This document shows, piece by piece, positions 60,291-64,000 of a stretch of 64,000 nucleotides of DNA. The notes under the pieces were generated by a model. The model was not told the DNA's origin. It did no database searches and worked only from the letters and a program-made list of their open reading frames with translations. Both the position numbers and the translations under genes were made by a program. Source of the DNA: Candidatus Zixiibacteriota bacterium (lineage in GTDB: Bacteria; Electryoneota; B3-LCP). The stretch spans positions 14,584 through 78,583 of the forward strand of contig QZKQ01000083.1 of the NCBI GenBank assembly GCA_003599535.1, read 5' to 3'. Numbering within the stretch: the first letter of the stretch is position 1; the number at the start of each line of letters is the position of its first letter.

Positions 60291-61493
60291 TCAGTCGTGA
60301 TGTGTGGAGGTCACGCGGGCTGTGGCGCCGCCGCGATGGAACGCGACCTCAATTTCGTCCTCGGCCTGCAGCCGGGCGGCGTCGGTCAGGGGTTGGGGAT
60401 CTCCGGCGCGCCGCACGATGGCATAGCCTCGCTCCAGGATGGCCCGGGGGTCGAGGCAGTCCAGGCGGGCCCCCAGGTGCTGCAGAGCTTCCCGCCGGCG
60501 TTCCAGCAGCAGCCGGACGCCCCGGTCCAGGCGGCGGGAGATTTCGTCCACCCGCTGGCTCTCTTCGCGCCAGCGGCCGGTCATGGCGTGGGCCAGCACC
60601 GGGGCGGCGCGATCGGTCAACCAGCGGCGTTTTTCCGCCAGGCGCAGGGTCACCGCCCGCTGCGCGCGCAGGGCCGCCTCTTCCAGCCGGGCCCGCAGGG
60701 CATGGCGGTCGGGCAGGCACATTTCGGCGGCGGCCGACGGAGTGGGAGCACGCAGATCCGCGGCCAGGTCCGACAGGGTGACATCCACTTCATGGCCCAC
60801 GGCGCTGACGATGGGAGTGCGGCACTCGGCCACGGCCCGCACCACCGGCGCCTCGTTGAAGGCCCACAGATCTTCCGGAGAACCTCCCCCCCGCCCCACG
60901 ATGATCACCTGGGGCCAGCCGCTCTGGTCCAGGGCGCGGATGGCGGCGGCAATCTCGGCGGCGGCGCCAGGGCCCTGCACGTTGGCCGGAGCCAGGTGGA
61001 ATTCCACCCAGGGGGCGCGTTCGCGGGCCACCTTCAGGATATCCTGCAGGGCGGCGCCTCCGGGGCTGGTGACCAGACCGACACGTTCCGGCAGCGGCGG
61101 CAGGGGAATTTTGCGCTCGAGCGCAAACAGGCCTTCAGCGGCCAGTTTTTGCTTGAGCGCTTCGAAGGCCTGGGCCAGCTCCCCCAGCCCGGCGGGCCGG
61201 AGGTCGTAACAATCGAACTGGTAGCGCCCGCCCCGCTCGTAGACCACCACCCGGCCGAAGGCGACCACCAGGTCGCCCACCTGGGGCGTGTAGTTCAGTT
61301 CCCGGGCCCGGCCACGCCAGAGCACGCATGAAAGCTGGGTCTGGTCGTCGCACAGGGTGAAGTAAGAATGTCCCGAGCGGTGGCTGGTGAACTGGGACAC
61401 TTCCCCCCGGATCCACAGGGCCGGCAGACCGCCTTCCAGCACGATCTTGATGCGCGAGGTCAATTCGCTGATGGACAGAGGCGTACGATCCAT
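60291..61493 (-). CDS. xseA: Exodeoxyribonuclease VII large subunit
   Basis: N-terminal OB-fold (ISELT..IK..LE....LWIRGEVS) and a central catalytic domain. About 400 aa. Confidence 0.85.
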   Translation of the reverse strand: MDRTPLSISELTSRIKIVLEGGLPALWIRGEVSQFTSHRSGHSYFTLCDDQTQLSCVLWRGRARELNYTPQVGDLVVAFGRVVVYERGGRYQFDCYDLRPAGLGELAQAFEALKQKLAAEGLFALERKIPLPPLPERVGLVTSPGGAALQDILKVARERAPWVEFHLAPANVQGPGAAAEIAAAIRALDQSGWPQVIIVGRGGGSPEDLWAFNEAPVVRAVAECRTPIVSAVGHEVDVTLSDLAADLRAPTPSAAAEMCLPDRHALRARLEEAALRAQRAVTLRLAEKRRWLTDRAAPVLAHAMTGRWREESQRVDEISRRLDRGVRLLLERRREALQHLGARLDCLDPRAILERGYAIVRRAGDPQPLTDAARLQAEDEIEVAFHRGGATARVTSTHHD

Positions 61494-61717
61494 TACCAGC
61501 GTCTCCAGAAGTACAGGAGCAGGGACAGGAGCACGCTGAGAAGAATGCTTAGGCCCAGGGGGAAGTATACCGTCACCGGTCCGTTGCGCCAGCGCAACGG
61601 TTCCAGCAATTTAGCCAGAAAAGGGAAACGCGGAGCCAGGTAGAGAAGCGCTCCGGTCAGGATGAGGAGCGCCCCCGCCAGGATCAGCAGTTTCCCCCAG
61701 TTCTGAGGTTGCGTCAT
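61493..61717 (-). CDS. Small membrane protein (DUF2905-like)
   Basis: 74 aa with two TM helices (GKLLILAGALLILTGALLYL ... LSILLSVLLSLLLYF). Confidence 0.45.
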   Translation of the reverse strand: MTQPQNWGKLLILAGALLILTGALLYLAPRFPFLAKLLEPLRWRNGPVTVYFPLGLSILLSVLLSLLLYFWRRW

Positions 61718-61721
61718 GGGA

Positions 61722-62276
61722 TTACCGCGAAGCCGCTCCGCGGCGAGGCCGGGGCAGAATGCTCGCCTGGCAGCGGCCGCGATGCACTTCCAGCCAGCCG
61801 ACCGAAGGCCCTTCCGGACCGCGGGGATACGTCGGGCTGCCGGGATTGACCATCAGCGTTTCGTGCAGTATTCCTTGCCCGGATTGGTGCGAATGCCCGA
61901 AGACGATCACCTCGGGCCGCTCCTCCGGGAGCCAGGAATGGTAGATCCGTTCCGCCAGACCGGCGGGCGGACCCCACCCATGCACCAGGCCGATCTTCAC
62001 CCCCTCGCATGTGATCACGGCGCGGGGCGGCAGGTTGGCCTGAAGCTGCGGCTCATCCATATTCCCGCGCACGAACACCAGGTACCCCCGTTCCTGCAAC
62101 TCCCGGTGAAAGGAGGCGGCGACATGATCGCCGGCGTGCAGGATCAGGTCGGCCTGCCGCAGCAAATCCGCCAGATCCTCGAACAGCGAGGCCTTGCTCT
62201 CCTCCGGCTCCGGATTGCGCCATTCGGCGTCATCGTGGGGCCAATGGGTGTCGGACAGGACCAGGATATGGGTCAT
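61722..62276 (-). CDS. Metallophosphoesterase (YfcE-like)
   Basis: N-terminus MTHILVLSDTHWPHDD (motif I, D.H), plus GDHV and GHSH motifs. Confidence 0.75.
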   Translation of the reverse strand: MTHILVLSDTHWPHDDAEWRNPEPEESKASLFEDLADLLRQADLILHAGDHVAASFHRELQERGYLVFVRGNMDEPQLQANLPPRAVITCEGVKIGLVHGWGPPAGLAERIYHSWLPEERPEVIVFGHSHQSGQGILHETLMVNPGSPTYPRGPEGPSVGWLEVHRGRCQASILPRPRRGAASR

Positions 62277-62294
62277 TCCAGCCCGGAAACCTAA

Positions 62295-62351
62295 CTACTT
62301 CTTCTTGTGCCGATTCTTCCGCAGGCGCTTTTTCCGCTTGTGAGTGGCCAT
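62295..62351 (-). CDS. Tiny polybasic ORF (18 aa, MATHKRKKRLRKNRHKKK). Coding status uncertain.
   Basis: ATG...TAG read in frame on the minus strand, 70 nt downstream of hupB. 13 of 18 residues are K/R/H. Possibly an L41/Thx-like ribosomal micropeptide, or spurious. Confidence 0.2.
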   Translation of the reverse strand: MATHKRKKRLRKNRHKKK

Positions 62352-62421
62352 TTTGGCCCGCTTACGCTTTTTGCCGCAGGGCAATGCCGGCTCCTCCTGA
62401 TAATTTACAGGTTAAGGGTGA

Positions 62422-62703
62422 TTACTTCTTCTTCAGCAGTTCCATTTTCCATTCCGGAGAGGCGCGGAAAATGGGCACTTCCTTGGACGGAACATCAATG
62501 GCGCTGCGGGTGCGGGGGTGCTGGGCTTTACGGGCCTGGCGCGAAACAGCCTTGAAGGTCCCGAAGCCGCGCAGGTTCACACTGCGCCCTCCGCGCACCT
62601 GCTCCGTGATGATGGTAACAAGGTTATCAATGGCCGAGCGCGTTTCAATCTGGCTTAAACCGGTGCGATTGGCAATTTCACGAACCAGGTCGCTCTTGTT
62701 CAT
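62422..62703 (-). CDS. hupB: DNA-binding protein HU
   Basis: Start at MNKSDLVREIANRTGLSQ. RGFGTF arm motif. 93 aa. The upstream ORF extension was rejected. Confidence 0.9.
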   Translation of the reverse strand: MNKSDLVREIANRTGLSQIETRSAIDNLVTIITEQVRGGRSVNLRGFGTFKAVSRQARKAQHPRTRSAIDVPSKEVPIFRASPEWKMELLKKK

Positions 62704-62810
62704 GCTGGATTCCTCCTCGAAAGTTGGAGATGGACATTTCCCGGCAATAATGCGGGATTTGTTGATGATACGAACAAAAAGCGGGATTTGTTTTGCGCCG
62801 GGCAAAAAAC

Positions 62811-63704
62811 TCAGCGGAAATTTCGAGGCATTTCATATTTCACGGGGACGGCCAGGCCGAAGCGGAGGTAGACCATCTCCTCCAGGTCCCCGAAGATCAG
62901 GTCCAGCATGGTCAGCTTCTTGCGGCGGGTTTCCACCAGGACCGGTTCCCCGGAAATTCCGGCCATCCGCGCGGCCAGGCGAGCCGCCTCATCGCGGCTG
63001 CCCAGAACGTCCACCAGGCCGAGCTCATGGGCTTGTTGCCCGGTGTAAACGCGGCCGTCGGCCAAAAGTTCCACGCTATCCACCGGCATATTGCGCTCCT
63101 CCGCCACGGTGGCGACGAACTGGCGGTAGATATCGTTGATGACCGCCTGCAGGTATTCCCGCTCCGCGGGACCCAGGGTGCGGTAGGGGTTGCCGGTATC
63201 CTTGAACTCGCCGGATTTGATGATCTGCACCCCGATGCCGACCTTGTCCATCAGCTCACCCCAGTAGGGGAACTGGGCAATCACGCCGATGGATCCGGTG
63301 GTGGTGCCGGGATTGGCCACGATGGTGTCGGCGCCCAGGGCGATGTAGTAGCCACCGGAAGCGGCCACGCTGCCCATGGAAGCGACGATGACGACGTCCT
63401 TCTCGTCGCGCAGATAGGCCAGGCGGTCGTAGATCTCCTGGGAGGCGGCCACCCCGCCGCCCGGGGTGTCCAGGCGCACCAGGATGGCCTTGAAATTGCG
63501 ATCCTCCACCTCGCGGAGCTGGTCGAGAATGTCCCGGGAATCGTAGATCGGCCCGGTGATGCGCACCAGGGCGATGCGGTCGCCCCCGCCGGGCAGCGCG
63601 CCCAGCTCGCCGGGGCCGCGGATGATCCCGAAACTGAGGTAAAAGAAGAGGAACAGAATCAGCAGGAAGAAGAGGAGCACCAACAAATCAGCGCGACGGC
63701 TCAA
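62811..63704 (-). CDS. sppA: Signal peptide peptidase SppA (36K type, peptidase S49)
   Basis: N-terminal TM helix. S49 Ser region GSMGSVAASGGYYIA. TTG start with AAGGAGAG RBS. Confidence 0.8.
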   Translation of the reverse strand: MSRRADLLVLLFFLLILFLFFYLSFGIIRGPGELGALPGGGDRIALVRITGPIYDSRDILDQLREVEDRNFKAILVRLDTPGGGVAASQEIYDRLAYLRDEKDVVIVASMGSVAASGGYYIALGADTIVANPGTTTGSIGVIAQFPYWGELMDKVGIGVQIIKSGEFKDTGNPYRTLGPAEREYLQAVINDIYRQFVATVAEERNMPVDSVELLADGRVYTGQQAHELGLVDVLGSRDEAARLAARMAGISGEPVLVETRRKKLTMLDLIFGDLEEMVYLRFGLAVPVKYEMPRNFR

Positions 63705-63857
63705 TTATCGCTCTCCTTTCTACGGGTGATGGCAACCAGGATTCAGGCGTCAGTTCTCACCGCTTGTGGTAACGAAACACAGATCTGTTCACCGCTGCAC
63801 ACCAGATTACCTGCCTCTCGCGGCCGGGACCTGACGCAACCTCGCTGGCCATGACCA

Positions 63858-64000
63858 CTACGGGCTTAGCTTAATCTCGTCACCCGGCATCAACCGGCGG
63901 GTGGAGCGCAGGCTGTTCCACTTCTTCAGGTTCTGCACCGACACCCCGTAGCGCCGGGAAATGTCCCACAGGGTATCGCCGGGCTGCACCACGTGCACTT
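63858..64000 (-). CDS. LysM-domain protein (C-terminal end; the gene runs past the window edge)
   Basis: Minus-strand translation ...VHVVQPGDTLWDISRRYGVSVQNLKKWNSLRSTRRLMPGDEIKLSP* is a canonical LysM repeat. Stop at 63858-63860. Confidence 0.7.
   Translation of the reverse strand, partial: VHVVQPGDTLWDISRRYGVSVQNLKKWNSLRSTRRLMPGDEIKLSP

Overview
High-GC (about 65%) bacterial chromosomal segment, gene-dense, mostly housekeeping. The organism encodes T9SS C-terminal sorting domains, so it is probably FCB-superphylum-like. Recognisable blocks are listed below.

- **Glycolysis cluster:** fba, gap, pgk, tpiA, then secG and tRNA-Leu(GAG).
- **Small AT-richer toxin-antitoxin islet:** vapBC plus a nonsense-mutated hicB-like remnant, sitting between fba and pfk.
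- **Surface-glycan genes:** three glycosyltransferases (GT2, GT4, GT4-like) next to a comM-like ATPase.
- **Poly-gamma-glutamate operon:** pgsB, pgsC and a PGA system protein, co-linear with a secreted repeat protein and an outer-membrane beta-barrel.
- **Lysine catabolism pair:** lat (L-lysine 6-transaminase) and a pcd-like aldehyde dehydrogenase, plus an ammonium transporter.
- **Six-gene glycan module, about 7.5 kb:** an epimerase, a fusion of a clan GH-A hydrolase to an SDR epimerase, a GT4, two tandem CgeB/DUF3880-like glycosyltransferases and an 8-TM membrane protein. This is the best candidate for an undescribed system.
- **Stress/membrane cluster:** an SDR, two tandem YihY proteins and an AI-2E transporter.
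- **GT4 plus amylo-1,6-glucosidase-like pair.**
- **An eRF1/Pelota-like (baeRF) protein.**
- **Housekeeping genes:** rimO, ftsY, nadK, dxs, xseAB, hupB, sppA.

Intergenic DNA is unusually rich in short tandem octamer repeats and hairpins. At least one dispersed repeat family is present in two copies: a full copy between ftsY and the methyltransferase, with an internal 80-nt core shared with a partial copy near coaE. A 1.5 kb decayed region lies downstream of the tRNA. Many long antisense ORFs in the track are high-GC artifacts and were rejected.
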